DNA of 63,753 nt, filler included, from Octopus bimaculoides (GCF_001194135.2; 8 parts of 6 records of this genome joined end to end with filler, not necessarily neighbours in it), one strand, 5' to 3'; positions 13,011 through 27,124 are shown, numbered from the whole stretch's first letter. Numbers and translations are program-made. The notes: generated from the sequence alone by a model not told the origin.

Positions 13011-13972
13011 AAGCCATAAATTTGACGACAGTGATAGAGTAAGCAATGATAAAGGCTCGAATATTGGACTGCAAATTAATTTTTTATTAACCCTCTTCCA
13101 GGATCGATAAATAAAGCCAAAGCTGACCTCGACAGGATTGCAAACTAGAATATAAAGAGCTGGGGTAAATAAAGCCAAACAGTTTGTTCAACAGATAATC
13201 TACCGATTCTGTTAATCCACCGCTGGACACATGTTTACCAATAACAATAAGAGACACAACTTGGTCTCTTGGCTTGCTACAAAAAATATATAAAAATAAG
13301 AAACAGCCAACAAGTCATTCCAACAACAGTAGAGACAAAACAGATTTATCCATCAAAAGTCGATAGTGTATGGAGGTCATAGGTAGACAACAATTGTACA
13401 CCTCCTAACCGTTTCAGTCTTTTCGGTTACCAGCCAACCGGGCCCCGACCGATTCAATACATTATTTATATTTAGCTGTATTATGTAACGTAATGTGTCA
13501 ATGGGCAGATAACCTTTCCGGTTTCACCTGATACCTCTCCGTTGGTTTTTCTCTGAGTGGCCCCTTTACGTGTTATTTTTAACCCCTCTGGATGCACCCA
13601 CCCAACTCCGTCGCCGAGTAAATAGTAGAAAAATGGAATAGCTTATAATATTTGGTTTCATCCGACTACCTGTCTGCGACTTAATATTTCACACAATCCC
13701 ACTCCTCACCCCTGGGCCGATGAATTAATACCAGCAGAATTGATCATATCCCTTCCCTATAATTTATAAGTTTGGACCAATGTAGAATGTAACTGAATCA
13801 TTAGTTCCCGGTGTAATGTCAAGGGCTATTTATTTACATCCGTTGAGTTCAAATTCAACTGAGCCTGACTTTAACAGTCATCTTTATAAGGTAAGAGGAG
13901 GTTTAATAAAATAAGCAGAGATCGATAACTCAATTGACCCCCTCTACCTACCCTCGGACCAAGGCTTAGACA

Positions 13973-14187
13973 TAAGGCGGTGAGCTGGCAGAATCGTTAG
14001 CACGCCGGGCAAAATGCTTTGTGGCATTTCGTCTGCCTTTGCGTTCTGAAGTTCATATTCCGCAGGACTCGATTTTACCCTTCATCATTTTAGGGTCGAC
14101 AAAATAAGTACCAGTTGATCATTGGGTCGATGTAAATGACTTATACCTAACTTCGCAATTGCTGGCCTCGTGCCAAAATTTGAAACT
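13973..14187 (+). mobile_element. SINE family B, full-length tRNA-like copy
   Basis: TAAGGCGGTGAGCTGGCAGAATCGTTAGC (A-box-like) ... TTCTGAAGTTCATATTCC (B-box-like) ... GTGCCAAAATTTGAAAC; at least 12 related copies in the window. Confidence 0.85.
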
Positions 14188-14194
14188 GTTATTT

Positions 14195-17100
14195 AGGTTT
14201 AGAGGTACAAACAATTTTCCTGGATCCAACAGGTAAGTCGGTGGTACTAAATGTGAGTGACAGTAAAGGCAAAGCATTCAAACTAGCTGCCGTGTATGCA
14301 CTCAGCGAGAAAAGATGGCCAGACTTCTTTAGACGCTCTTTAGAGTAGATTGGAATGGGATTGTGCGGAGTTAGCCCATAGAAAAGAATACAAACGCCTT
14401 GAAAACATGCTCAGACATTTCCAACTGCCTGACAGGCACTGACTGGATTTCCCCTAACGTGTCAATGTGAACTTGAAGCAACCACGATGGATCTTACAAA
14501 TCGTACTAATATAAAGTATTCGTTAGGTCAGCTGACAGAGACACCTTAGTCGGATCATGAATTTGTGATCTTCTCAGTCATCTTAGATAGTACCCATAGA
14601 CAGGAACCCGGCGTCTTTCCTGAAACGAAAAGACTATAGCAACGGAACAGACGAGTCAATAGCTTTTGGTAAAGAGCATGTGATAGAGAAAAATAGATTA
14701 GAAGAGTTAGTTAATAAACTAGAAAAAACAATTAGAAATGGCTTTGCAACCAATGTGATAGTAGTAAGAAATGAACTCCGACGATTTTTTCAATGCGAAA
14801 TGCGAGAAAGAACGACAGCCGTTCGATGGGCTTGGGTGGTGAAAGCGCGACGTGTCAACGAAGTCACAAGTCAGTCTTTCCAACAGCATTTGCTCAACTC
14901 TTCAGAGAAAGTGATAAATCACACAGAATTATGGACTTTTGTGCTTACCTCGATAGTCTGCCGCGACTCTCGAAAGAAGCGACAAGGCACTGCGAAAGGT
15001 CAATAACAGCAAATAAGATACGCAAAGTCTTGAGTAGTTACATAAAGGACGAATCACTCGGTTTGGATGGTCTGCCCTATGAGTTTTATGGCTATGTGAC
15101 AGCTGTTTGGTGAGCTCTTGGCAAACGTCTATAGCAACTGACAGCAAGACAGAAGAATTCTTAGTTCTTTGAGCAGGGGTGTGTTAACATTTCGGAGAAA
15201 GAACGCCAATACAGAAAATATTATGGACAATTTCTGACCCATAAACCCTGCTAAATGCAGAGTTTAAAATTATGGCCAAGGTGTTGACAAAGAAGTTGGC
15301 GCTTGTTGTAGATGGTTTGGTCGGAGAAGTTCAAACGTGTGCAATCACTAATAGATCCATCTACGGCAACCTTCTCTTCATGCATCGCATCATAGAGAGA
15401 ATGGTCAAAAATCTAGCATCGGTGGAGCTCTGATCAATTTGTATCAATCAAAAGTGTTCGATAGGTTCAACCATCGCTACTTGGCAGCAGTTCTAAGAGT
15501 CTGGTAAAAGTGTCAGTGGCTGGATCGCAGCAATGCACAGCGGTGCTTGCTCGATGGTCAAAGTAAACGTTCACCATTCAGAATCGTTTAATATTGCACA
15601 CTCGATCCGTCAGGGCCGTCTTCTCTTCTCTCTCCCATACGTTCTGGAAATCGAGCCTTTGCTGCATAAGCTAGAACTCCCGAGGGGCATCCTTTTCGAA
15701 ATGTAATGCAGGGAGCTGTGTTTGTGTATGTAGATGACATCACCGTAATGGTGACATACACCACGGATGTTCAGGTAGTCGAATCTATTTTAAAGGAATA
15801 CGAGGCAATGATAGGAGTTAATTAAATCGGAACATGTCGGTAGGTCTGCGACTCGGTAACTGGAGAAACAAGTCTATGCCAACGAACAGCACAATAAATC
15901 GATGGACTGACAGACCGGTGAAATTGCTCGGGGTTTAGTTTGGACCAGGTCTCCAGGTGGACAAGAACTGAGATGAGGTTCTAAGCAGGTTGGCCGGTCT
16001 CACTCAGAAATGAGCTGCGAGAAAATCCCTGAAAGGTCGAGAAGAGGTTGAAAATGCTTACATCGCCTTAAAAACTTACTACCTGACTGTTGTACCTTAC
16101 TACAGCTCAAGCTTGGCCGAAAAGGAGCATTTACTTTTCCACTTCCTGTGGCAAGGATGTGTTTCACTGATCAGTCGTACCAGTGCCATCTTGAAGGCAG
16201 AACTGGCATGCCATAGTTGCTAATGCACAAACACGCGCTGCGGTAACGCCACTTACAAATTTTCCTGGACGGTGAGCCAGTGTGGTCCCCATTTGTAGCA
16301 CACGCATTTCAGCAGCTCATCTCCTTGACGGAGCTGCAATGATGGGTCACGAGAAGACCAGATTGGGAGCATGGCATTTGTAATGTCGTCAGTTGCTCAC
16401 TACCAGTCGGGTAATGCGGTTGGTGGATGTTCTACGGTAGAAATATATCGAAATCTAGTAGTGGCTAAGAGCGATGATGTTCTCAAGGAAACTCTTGGCA
16501 TCGACCAGGATGAACTAGCATTGTCAAGCAGTACATGAGAAGCAGTTCTTCTCAAAGACTAGCATTGTTAAACATTGTCAAGCAGTCCAAGATGAGTGAA
16601 AAACGATGAAACCATTCTGCACACACTTATGCAGTATCCGAATATTGTGGACTTTTAGAGTTACGCCCAACAGCTGATATTGCATGAGGAACGAATCTGC
16701 CTATCTGTCGAATCCATCATAAGGATTGCCCACCATTCACCTTTAATAAGGAAGGGCAAGCGGGTTCCTCTGTCTAATGGCTATGGTAAAAGAGATTGTG
16801 TGGTGGACGAGGTTGAAAGGATCGAGGAAAAACACCTTCCTCCTAGGTCAAGCCCTCATTAACTTTTCAAAGTTCCACGTAGAAAGAAAAGTGAGAGTGG
16901 AGAGGGAAGTGCTACTTCACATGAATTTGTGAAAAGATGGGCGACTGTGACAAAAGGAGTTAGGGAGAATGGCCCTACTCCAAGAATGCGTCTACAGATT
17001 GGTGGAGAGCAACAGTTGGGAAAGGCCTTAAACCTTCGAGGGGGGGGTCAGAGTTATCTTGGATTTGTGGGGTTCCTTGGTTGATCCTAATTTGAATTTC

Positions 17101-17290
17101 TCGTGTATGTGGAGGACTGCATCACTCATGTTATCACACACTTCGTATACTATGTATACTTTTATCGCATTTCCCTGTCTTTTCCATTTCTTTCTCCTCA
17201 CACATATCGTTGAGTGTTCTCATTATTTCCATTTCATCTATGCCTCCGTGGCTGATAAAATAATTTATTATTATTACTATTATTATAGAT
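14195..17290 (+). mobile_element. Tx1/L1-like non-LTR retrotransposon, decayed ORF2 (APE-RT-C-terminal zinc knuckle) and 3'UTR with (TTA)n tail
   Basis: AFKLAAVYA, SDHEFV, SLGLDGLPYEFY, AEFKIMAKVL, RQGRL, YVDDITV, VKLLGV.FGP and ETILHTL motifs in shifting frames. Confidence 0.85.
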
Positions 17291-17419
17291 CATATACACA
17301 TACAAGAGATTATACTGTTGGAAAAGAAACATTCCTAACATCGGTCTAGAACAAGTAACCTTAGATGCCAAGAACTCTCCTAAGTATTCTAGCTGTCACT
17401 AATAATACTGTTTTCTGGA

Positions 17420-17481
<62 letters not shown>

Positions 17482-17483
<2 letters not shown>

Positions 17484-17894
17484 CTCTCTCTACTCTTTTA
17501 CTCTTTTACTTGTTTCAGTCATTTGACTGCGGCTATGCTGGAGCACTGCCTTTAGTCGAGCAAATCGACCCCAGGACTTATTCTTTGTAAGCCTAGTACT
17601 TATTCTATCGGTCTCTTTTGCCGAACCATTAGGTTACGGGGACGTAAACACACCAGCATTGGTTGTCAAACGATGTTGGGGGGACAAACACAGACACATA
17701 AACATACACACACACATATATATATATACATATATACGACGGGCTTCTTTCAGCTTCCGTCTACCAAATCCACTCACAAGGCTTTGGTCAGCCCGAGGCT
17801 ATAGTAGAAGACACTTGCCCAAGGTGCCACGCTGTGGGACTGAACCCGGAACCATGTGGTTGGTAAGCAAGCTACTTACCACACAGCCACTTCT
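17482..17894 (-). mobile_element. SINE family A, full length, flanked by (TTA)n on both sides
   Basis: Minus head AGAAGTGGCTGTGTGGTAAG...GGTTCAGTCCC (A/B boxes), CCTTGGGCAAGT core, internal CA/TA microsatellite, AAAGAGTA tail. Confidence 0.9.
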
Positions 17895-17898
17895 ACGC

Positions 17899-17954
<56 letters not shown>

Positions 17955-20900
17955 TGGTTTGATTCAGGTTCAGTCTTATTCCTAGTAGTATTTATGTGGG
18001 TAGCGGGTTACTACTTGTAACGTTAGGTATCCACAAGTTTTCAGCTGTCTTTCAAGTGCTTAAAACTCTCCTGATAAACCTTGCTGTCCCTAAGAGTCAA
18101 AGTTTCTGCAGGAGCTCTACAGAGCATCCTATTCCAATCTCTTTCAGCCATTTGTCTATACCTTTGCTTACTGTCCCCAACATCCCAGTTATTATAAGTA
18201 CGACCTTTACTGTTCTCATGCTCCAAATTCTTCCTATTTTAAATTTTAAGAGATTGTATTGTATTCTTGTTTTTCGTCCTCTTTCATTATGACCCTGGAA
18301 TCAAACGGGCATGATGGTTCGATTAATAAGCAACTTCGTTTTCCCTTATCTATAATTGTTTATTATTTTCTAGCTTCTAGTCCGTTTGAATAGGTAAGTC
18401 CCACAAATCTTACATTTCTCCAACTCTAGTACTCATTCGACTCGATGACTGTACCATGTGTTTACAGCTTCAAATCCCCATTTCTGGCACAGTTTCCTAC
18501 GTAAAGCATCTACAGCCTTGTCGTGCTTCCGATTTCTTATACTCTTCCTGTGCCAACTTGGAGCATTCTACCATAATGCGTGACACTCTCTCGTTCCAAG
18601 TTCCACAGGCTCTACATTTTTTCTGACACATTCTCTCCACATATATTTTCTCAAGTTGTTTGTTTTTATCTCTTGATCTTGGGCTGCCTCAATTAGGCTT
18701 TCTGTTTCTTTTTTAACTGCCCTTTTTTAATCAAGCCCAGGATTTTGTTCTACATACGTCTTCAGTGACTCTCTAAAATTGGTCATGCAGAGGTTTCTCT
18801 TCGATCTGTCTGACTTTCTCTCTTTGTGTTCCATTCATGTCTTTTTCTCCTATTACGCGCTTCATCACCTGTTCTTTATTCACTGTCTTTAGTAGTTTTT
18901 TATGAGCTGCTCTGTAAATATTCTACTAGGCTTTTTCTTTCAATCTGTACACATTCGTCTGCTGCTATTAAGACACGTCCACCCTGGTCTCTCCTCAAGT
19001 ACAGCCAGTTGATATCAGCTTTCGGATGGTGGGCTCCATACATTGTCAACAACTTTCTAGTTTTTCTGTCAAGTTTCTTTATATCGTTTCTGGTCCAGTC
19101 TACAATTCCAACTCCATATTCGATGAAGAATACTGCTTTTGAATTTATTACTTCAATAAAATCCTTTGAATTTAGCTTTGACTGCAATAATTGTCTTACA
19201 CTCCTTGTGTACTCCCTACTGCTAATTTGTTTCATTTATTCATTTTTCCTTTCCTCTGCTTCCAGTATTCCCAAGTACTAATACCACTGTCCTTTCTCAA
19301 CCGCTGTCATTGTTTGCCCATTTGGCATTTCAATTCCTTGGCTTCTTTGAAATCTTCCTCGTTTTATTATCAATATAGTGCATTTTTCTATCCCAAATTC
19401 CATACCTCCATCATTTGAGGAAATGCGGATAGTATGTACAGGAATTTGAAGCTGTTTCTCATTTTTCGCATAAAACTTTATATCATCCATGATTTATCTG
19501 ACCATTTCCTTTTTCCCAAATCGTAAGTAGTTTTAACTTTTCGTAGTATCATAGTGAGCGGCGTGATACACCAATATGAACAGTAATGTTCACCTTGGAA
19601 TATTCCACGTCTGATGTACACTTTTCTGATTTTTTGTTTTTCTTCGATTAATCCAGTATTCCAATGTTTCATACTTTCACGAAACATTTTCTCTCTGTTT
19701 ATCTAACTGTGTGGTACTATGTCATAAGCTTTTTTGTAATCTAGCCATGCTATATTCAGTCCCATCAATCTGCGTCTACAACTTCTTATTTTATCAACTA
19801 ATAAGTGAGCTTTTGTTGCCCTACTTTGTTTCTTGCATCCTTTCTGTAACTGTTTAAAGTTCTTCAGCCAATAGCTTTGTACTCCATCCGGGCCTGGCCC
19901 TTTTCAACTTGCTATATATATTGTTTAACTTCTGTCTCATTGTATATAGGTTAATTCAGACGTCCTTTTGTCTTGGTACTGTTTCAAGTTGTCTTTCCAC
20001 CTTTGTTAGTCACTCAGCGCTTTCTTTGTCTCGCCAGCCAGTTCCACAGCCCTCTCTAAAGTTCTTTACTTTCTTCCGCAGCTGGAATCAGTTCCTGATG
20101 TTGGCCTTCCTCTATTTCCTCAAATAGACGTTTTCTATTTGATTAGAAGTGTCTTTTCTGTTCAAAATCTTTGCATCTAGCATCATATCTTTTCAATTTG
20201 TCCTTTAATGTTGTCACCTTCTGTGTCAATTCTTGTCTAATGTTTGTTTTCCCATTTCTTCTAACCTATGCTCTCCATTCAAGTTTCTGATTACTCTCTT
20301 ATTCTTGAGCTTTCCTCTCACTATCCTGTTCAATTGCCCAAGTTCTTTCCGTGTCTTTTCCAGTTTCATTCGTATTCTCTTCCTTCAGTTTGGTTCTTTT
20401 TCATTTGCTTTTATATTTTCCGGTTTTCACTTGTAGCCTACTATGTTAGCTACGACATTAGCAGCAGTTATGATTAGCTGGTTTGTTTCACTGATGTTTA
20501 CTATATTAATCGAGCTTCAAACGTAATTTACTTTGCCTATGCCTCTCCTCGCTTTTTTTCTGTCCATATATCTTACGTTTGGTGGTTCTTCATTGTTTCC
20601 ATCAGTTCCTATTGTTCACATCTGATATTTTTCCAAACAACATTTCTAAAATCTCCTTCTCTTCATCATTCTAGTCTTGTACATACTGTCACTTGCCCAT
20701 CTAGATCGTCTTCATTAGTTACTTTATTAGTATTCACTGGTACTCTGCAGTTTCCACCTGTGTCATGTTCTTCTTCTCTAACCCCTTCATTACTGCTTTC
20801 TACTACTGCTGTTTCACTCTGTTTCTGCTTTTTTTTTTTATCTTTCTCTGAATTTGTTCAGTCTCTACTCCCGCAATCCAGTCGTTCTCACAGATTGCTC

Positions 20901-21400
20901 TTGCTTGGTCTATCATTAGATGGGCGGATTTTTCAACTCTTATTCTCTTCATTCGATTCATGATGCCTTTTCTATTTTGCTCACTTCTCAGCCAGCATTC
21001 TATTATTATTTTGCTTACATCATTTTCTCATTTCTTTCTTTTTCTTTTGCACTTTTGACTGCGATTTTGGTCCTGATCAATAGCTTGATGGCGACCTGCT
21101 GGAGCTCGACCAGATACTCCCTGCCTGACGGGCGCGATACCTTCACTATTAAAAATTCCAGTCCCTTTAGCGCAGTGGTGGTCATTATTTAATGTTGACA
21201 TCGCTCATTTAGAGGTAGCATTTGTAAGATAGTGCAATCACCACTGTTTTCATCATGACACTATCACTAGTTGGATTACTAGCCAAGGCTCGGAGTATCC
21301 ACACTTACCCTCGTGTACACTGTTTTTTGCGCCAGTTTCGTTCACTCCACTGCTTTATATCTTTGTATTTGAGATTTTCACTCCTGTGAATTTTGGTGAT
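17955..21400 (-). mobile_element. Near full-length R4/Dong-like (RLE-type) non-LTR retrotransposon with (TAA)n tail
   Basis: PGPDG, WLDYKKAYDIV, RRGIFQG, MDDIKFYAK, MEFGIEKC, YLRRDQGGR, CCHC-like region then RHDK, GTARFIRRVLS stop. The 3' end runs into (AAT)n at 17899-17955. Confidence 0.85.
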
Positions 21401-21404
21401 GGGG

Positions 21405-21797
21405 TGACACATTTGTCTTTTAATCTGCATGCTTCATGCGATCACTTGTAGAGACACAGCCAGCGCCCTAGGGCAAGTGAAAGTTAAGAAATATTGAAGT
21501 ATAAGTGAAAGTTTGAGGAGGGCAGTACACAAATACATTCAGATAATACAACACAAACATTTAAATTGATAGGGTTTTACTAAGGATGTGGAGGTACTTG
21601 TCAGCACTATCATGTGGATTACTTTGAGATATAGTTCTTCTGGAATGTTGTCTAAATTTTCCTGATACTCCTTTTTTATCATACTTAGAACGCCTATAAC
21701 AACAGGAACAGATTTGCCTTAAGATGCCATATCTTTTATATTTTAATTTTCAGGTCCATATATTTTACTAAGCCTGTCAAATTCCTTTACAGACACA
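21405..21797 (-). mobile_element. 3' fragment of a second RLE-LINE family (endonuclease end plus 3'UTR)
   Basis: VSVKEFDRLSK...SVPVVIGVL; colinear nucleotide homology with 57625-58085, including CCCTAGG.GCTGG and CATGCAGATTA.AAG. Confidence 0.75.
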
Positions 21798-21895
21798 TAA
21801 CATCTCTTTCGGAATATACATGTGATCTTAACTCTAAATATTAATTTGCAAAAAAAAAAAATAAATAAAAAATAAAAACTTTCAGCATCTCTGTC

Positions 21896-21961
<66 letters not shown>

Positions 21962-23785
21962 GAATATATTTGGAATTAGAAATTCAAAGATATTATCACA
22001 TAATCATTCGTTTTCTAATCATAAATTAAAACTATCAACGTATCTTTCGGAATATAAAGGAAATCTTTAATCCAAATTTACCATCACATAATAACTCATT
22101 TTGGAATGAGAAATGAAAACACACGACATCTCTTTCAGTATATATTTAGAATCTTAAATTCAAATGCATCATTACATAAACATATATTTTTTAATGACAA
22201 AACAATCAACCCATATTTCGGAATATTTTGGGAATCATAAATACGAAGGAATCATATTATGCGCAATCTTAAATTAAATATTATCATCACATAAACATTC
22301 CTTTTGTAATCTTAAAATGAAACACTCACCATCTCTTTCACAATATATATGTAATCTTAAATCCAAGGGTGTTATCATATAAATAATCTTTTAGTCATAA
22401 ATTGAAACACTCATCCACTCCAGAATAAATTTGGCATACTAAGGTATCATCAAATAAACATACATCTTCTATCATACATTAAAACAGTCAACAGTCATTT
22501 CAGTATTTATTAATTTTCTAATCATAAATTAACGTACTGGACATCACTTTCAGAATATTTAGGGAATTGTAAATCTAAATGTATCGTTACTTAACAGTTA
22601 TTTACTCTTAAATTAAAATACTCAACATCTCTTACGGTTTGTGTATGTAATTTTAAATCCAAATATAGTACATATATACATTAAATTTATTAATCAAAAG
22701 TTAAAAGACTCAAGGTCTTTTTTTTAACCTTTTCCGGAATATATATTGAATCTTAAATCTAGAGGTGCCATCATATAAACAGTCTTTTTTAATAGATAAA
22801 TAAAATTAATATTAGTCTCAGAATATCTATGAATCATAAAACCATTAATTTTCTGTACATAAACATTGATTTTTTATTCATAGATTATAAACTCAACATC
22901 TTTTTCAAGATATATATCCGATACTACCTTCATAGAAATATTTCTAATAAAAAATTAAAACACTCATAATCTTATTCAGGAGATATGCGCAATCTTAGAT
23001 TAAATATTATCATCACATAAACATTCCTTTTGTAGTCTTAAAATGAAACATCTCCATCACGATATATATGTAATCTTAAATCCAAGGGTGTTATCATATA
23101 AATATTTTTTTAGTCATAAATTGAAACACTCATCCACTCCGAAATAAATTTGTCATACTATGATATCATCAAATAAATATACATCTATCATAAATTAAAA
23201 CACTCAACATCATTTCAGGTTATATATGGAATATAAAATCAAAAGATGCCATTACATAATCATTCATTTTCTAATAAAAAATAAAAATACTCAAAATCAT
23301 TGTCGGAATCTTAAATCTAATTCTCATTAACACATGAACATTCATTTTCTCTAACTCAATTAAAACACTCAGCATGTTTTCCGATTATGTATGTGAACTT
23401 TAGACCAATGGTATCATCGGATAATTAATTTTATAATCGTAAATGAATCTACTGAATACCTCGGATTATATATATGTATGGAACCTTAAATCCAATACTT
23501 TCAGCCTATCAACATTAATTTTCTTATCATAAATTAAAAGACTCCATACCTTATTGGGAAATATATGGAACACTGAATATGAAATTATCATCACATAAAT
23601 ATTAGTTTACACATCAAAAATTAAAGCACTAATAATTTCTGTCGGAATACATACGGATCTTAAATCTTATGTCATCATTAGCATCTTTTGTAATCAAGAA
23701 TTGAAGCAATCAACGTCTCTTTCACAATATATTTGGTATTTTCAGTCCAAAGTTATCATCATATAAACGTTCATTTTCTAATTCA
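21798..23785. repeat. AT-rich degenerate satellite, ~80-89 bp monomer, about 23 copies
   Basis: Recurring GAATATAT..GGAATCTTAAATCC...ATCACATAAACATTCATTTTCTAATCATAAATTAAAACACTCAACATCTCTTTC; AATCTTAA anchors at e.g. 21973, 22062, 22149, 22352, 23481, 23568, 23655. Confidence 0.85.
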
Positions 23786-23960
23786 TATATATGAACATAT
23801 ATGTGCGTGAGAGTGTGCCTAATTGCGTGTACATATGTATGAACGTATGTATGTATCTATATATACACACACGTGTATATATATATATATATATATNNNN
23901 NNNNNNNNNNNNNNNNNNNNNNNNNNNNNNNNNNNNNNNNNNNNNNNNNNNNNNNNNNNN

Positions 23961-24014
<54 letters not shown>

Positions 24015-25189
24015 CATGTATGTATACAGATCTATGACTTAGGGCTTCCATCCCTTCAGCGTCGATAAAATAAAACATCACTCATACTGGAATCGATTAT
24101 ATCAATTAATGTCCAACCCCCAAATTTTGGGTGTTATTATTAATTTAGATATAACGAATATTGGGATTGTGGTAGTTTATAGAATTGATAGAGCACCGTA
24201 CACAGTGTATTATTTAGTTATGTATCTTTAAGTTTTGAGCTCAAGCCTCAACCTTATCTTTCATCAAGAATGAAGAAACAGTGAGAGTCAAATACTGCAA
24301 TCGATGTAATCGGTCGTGGCACCCCACTCCAATTTGGGCACTGTTGAGTCAATGTTAGAAGTCAATATATCAACACAATTTCACTCATTCATGTCAGCAC
24401 ATGTTTGGATGAGAATATTATAAAGAAAAGGAGAGAAAACAGATAGAAATGTGTATGTAAGAAGGGGGTGGAAACGGCGAGGAAAGAAATAGAAATAAGG
24501 AAAAAAATAAGAGAGAGAGGGGGGCTGGGAGTGGGAGCTTACAAGGCATGAACCGATAACCTAAGACTAATAATGAGCAACGTAACAAAGTGAGTGCAGT
24601 GGGGTGGAACGATATGTTTTATCAACGTTGGCGGTATTGATTTATGTATACGTGATGGGTGGCAGCCGGGTGTCTCTACAGGGGCATACACACACACGTA
24701 CACACTACACACATACATACACACATACATACATGCATAATATTAGGTGTAGTGACAGAACAGGTGTACGAAGCTGATATGAACTCATACGCATATATAT
24801 ATATAAGGAAAATAAGACAAAGTTGAAAAAATACTAAAATAATTTTATGAAGAACATTTTAGTACCGGTTTCAGTCTTCTGCGATTTTTTCTACTTAGAG
24901 TAATGCATGAAAAACAATTAAATTGTGGAAAAAATTAATGAAATGTTTTTAAAAAATATTCCCATAGTTTTCAAATACAAGGGACATTTTCATTTTTTCT
25001 GTCTGTCTCTCTTTTTTACTCTTGTGAAGGCTTGGTAGCAGGTAGTAGATAGTAAGAGTTCTAAAAGAATATTTTATATGAGTTCTAGGTTTTGATTAAG
25101 TAGCAGTAGTAGCCGAAGAAGAAGAAGAAGAAGAAGAAGAAGAAGAAGAAGAAGAAGAAGAAGAAGAAGATAGGAAAGGAAGAGAAAGA

Positions 25190-26323
25190 CTAATAAAAAT
25201 ACGTGAGTGGTATGGCAGTAGTAGGATGCTGGTGGGATCCTCTTAAATAGTCAGGTGACCAAAAGTAACCTGTTGTGGAATTGTTCTGAATAAATTCATG
25301 GGTAGTGACTGTTCTAAATATACCGTTTATAATATTTGCGTGGGTATTATTATAAGGCCCTTGGAGTAGTGTCATTTGTGGTGGAGGCATTCAGAAGGGG
25401 TTTATAATTTGTGATAAAATATGACTCTTTGCTAATGAGCTGAGTACAGGTTGCATCGTTCCTGAATTTATAGAGGGGAAAAATTCTAAAGCTGGGCTGT
25501 TTGTTAGTGGCGCAAATGTCGATGTGTTCCCTGAATGCTATTTTTCTGTATTTCCGAATTTTGATCTGGGACCAATGTAGAACCATCCTTTGACGTAGAC
25601 TGTTTTTGGTTTGGTTTATGTATTGTCCTCGGCACCCTGAGTAAGTTAATACATTATTAGGTTTTCCAAAGCGCATATAAAGTTGTTTTTCACTGTAAAA
25701 CATTGACTTTGTTTGAAAGAGAACTCTGATTCCTCAATTAGGCTGAAGCATATACCACAAATCTTCCACATTTTTTTAATGACGGCTTCAGTGTTGTTGT
25801 CGAGTGTACTTTGACTTGTGTTAAGAGACTTTTCATAAATTATTGTCGTCTATGGTGGTGTGCGTTTGGAGGATTAAATTCATTGTGTGGGACTATTTTA
25901 GTAGGTGAATGTTCTGGAAGATGGTGTCGAAGGCTTCATTGTTAAGGAGGGTTGTATGTAGGGATGTATGGCAGGGCTTTTGGCTGTAAATCCTTCTTTA
26001 GTTTGGGATGTCTGAGTTCGTGGATGTTGAGTTGTAGGGCACGTTGAAGGCCTATATCAATTAGTTATGGTGGGTAGTTCCTGCTGATGAGTTCATGTAG
26101 TCGTGTCTCCATTAGAAACTATAGTACAAATCCTTTTTGCCAGGTTGAATGGGATATTCATTCTGGTGTGTCTGGGGTGGCATGACTTGAACGGTAGATA
26201 CTACTTGAATTCCGTGGGCTTATAGTATATGTCTGTTTCTATTTTGTTGTTGGATTTCTTAATGAGGATGTCGAGGAATAGAAGTTGTTGATGGCTATAT
26301 TCTATCGTAAATTGAATGTTTAC
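25190..26323 (-). mobile_element. Penelope-like element 3' part (RT thumb plus GIY-YIG endonuclease), decayed
   Basis: IQFTIEYSHQQLLFLDILI...IETDIYYKPT, SCHPRHT..NIPFNLAKRI, and GIY-YIG region CRGQYINQTKNSLRQRM...KESYFITNYKPLLN. Confidence 0.85.
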
Positions 26324-26367
26324 NNNNNNNNNNNNNNNNNNNNNNNNNNNNNNNNNNNNNNNNNNNN

Positions 26368-26379
26368 TTAATTAATTAA
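26368..26379. other. Assembly gap linker TTAATTAATTAA (also 33103, 38716, 43777, 57071, 59795, 62247)
   Basis: The identical 12-mer is centred in ~100 bp N-gaps seven times and has stop codons in all six frames. Confidence 0.95.
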
Positions 26380-26521
26380 NNNNNNNNNNNNNNNNNNNNN
26401 NNNNNNNNNNNNNNNNNNNNNNNATAATAAAAAAATTTTTTTTTTAATGTATATATATGCAGGGATGGCCATAAGTTTCTTTACCCATTTATTATTATTA
26501 TTATTAAGGTGGCTATTCACA

Positions 26522-26563
<42 letters not shown>

Positions 26564-26991
26564 ATTGTTGCTATCGTGCAAAAGTGTCGTACATCCAAAA
26601 CGTTGCGTTTTCAGGAAACGAAGAAATAGTTTTACCATTCCATTTCTTTTTACATTAGCAACAGTTTCAGCTCAACAATAATACTTTGTTGGGTGCAGGA
26701 AATCGTAACTCCATGCATGTATGATATTTTCAATCAGAAATATTTCTGCAAAACTCTCTTATGTGGGACTTACTACACTTTTGCAAAATGCTAAGCCATT
26801 GTTCTACACTTTGACAATTCTCATATTTTGGCAGCTGGAGATACGATAGTTTGACCAAAAAACGGCTATTGCAAGCAAAATTAAATATTGAAAAAGAACG
26901 CATTTGGCCAAATTTGGACATACTACAGTTTAACATTATAGCAATGATTGATAGATAGATAGATAGATAAATAGATAGACAGATAATCAAG

Positions 26992-27049
<58 letters not shown>

Positions 27050-27124
27050 GTATATGTATATATATGTAAATATATATACACACACACGTGTGTGTTCGTA
27101 CGCGCGCGCGTGTGTGCATGAATG

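Noticed and set aside
21798-23785. Satellite read as a protein repeat (minus strand ERDVECFNL..ENECLCDD) or as a CRISPR-like array
   Set aside because: Monomer length varies off-frame with many stops; there are no unique spacers and the context is eukaryotic.
24850-24905. GAAACCGGTA half-hammerhead downstream of the 25-26 kb PLE
   Set aside because: The CUGANGA box is lost (CTAAGTAG); a vestige only.
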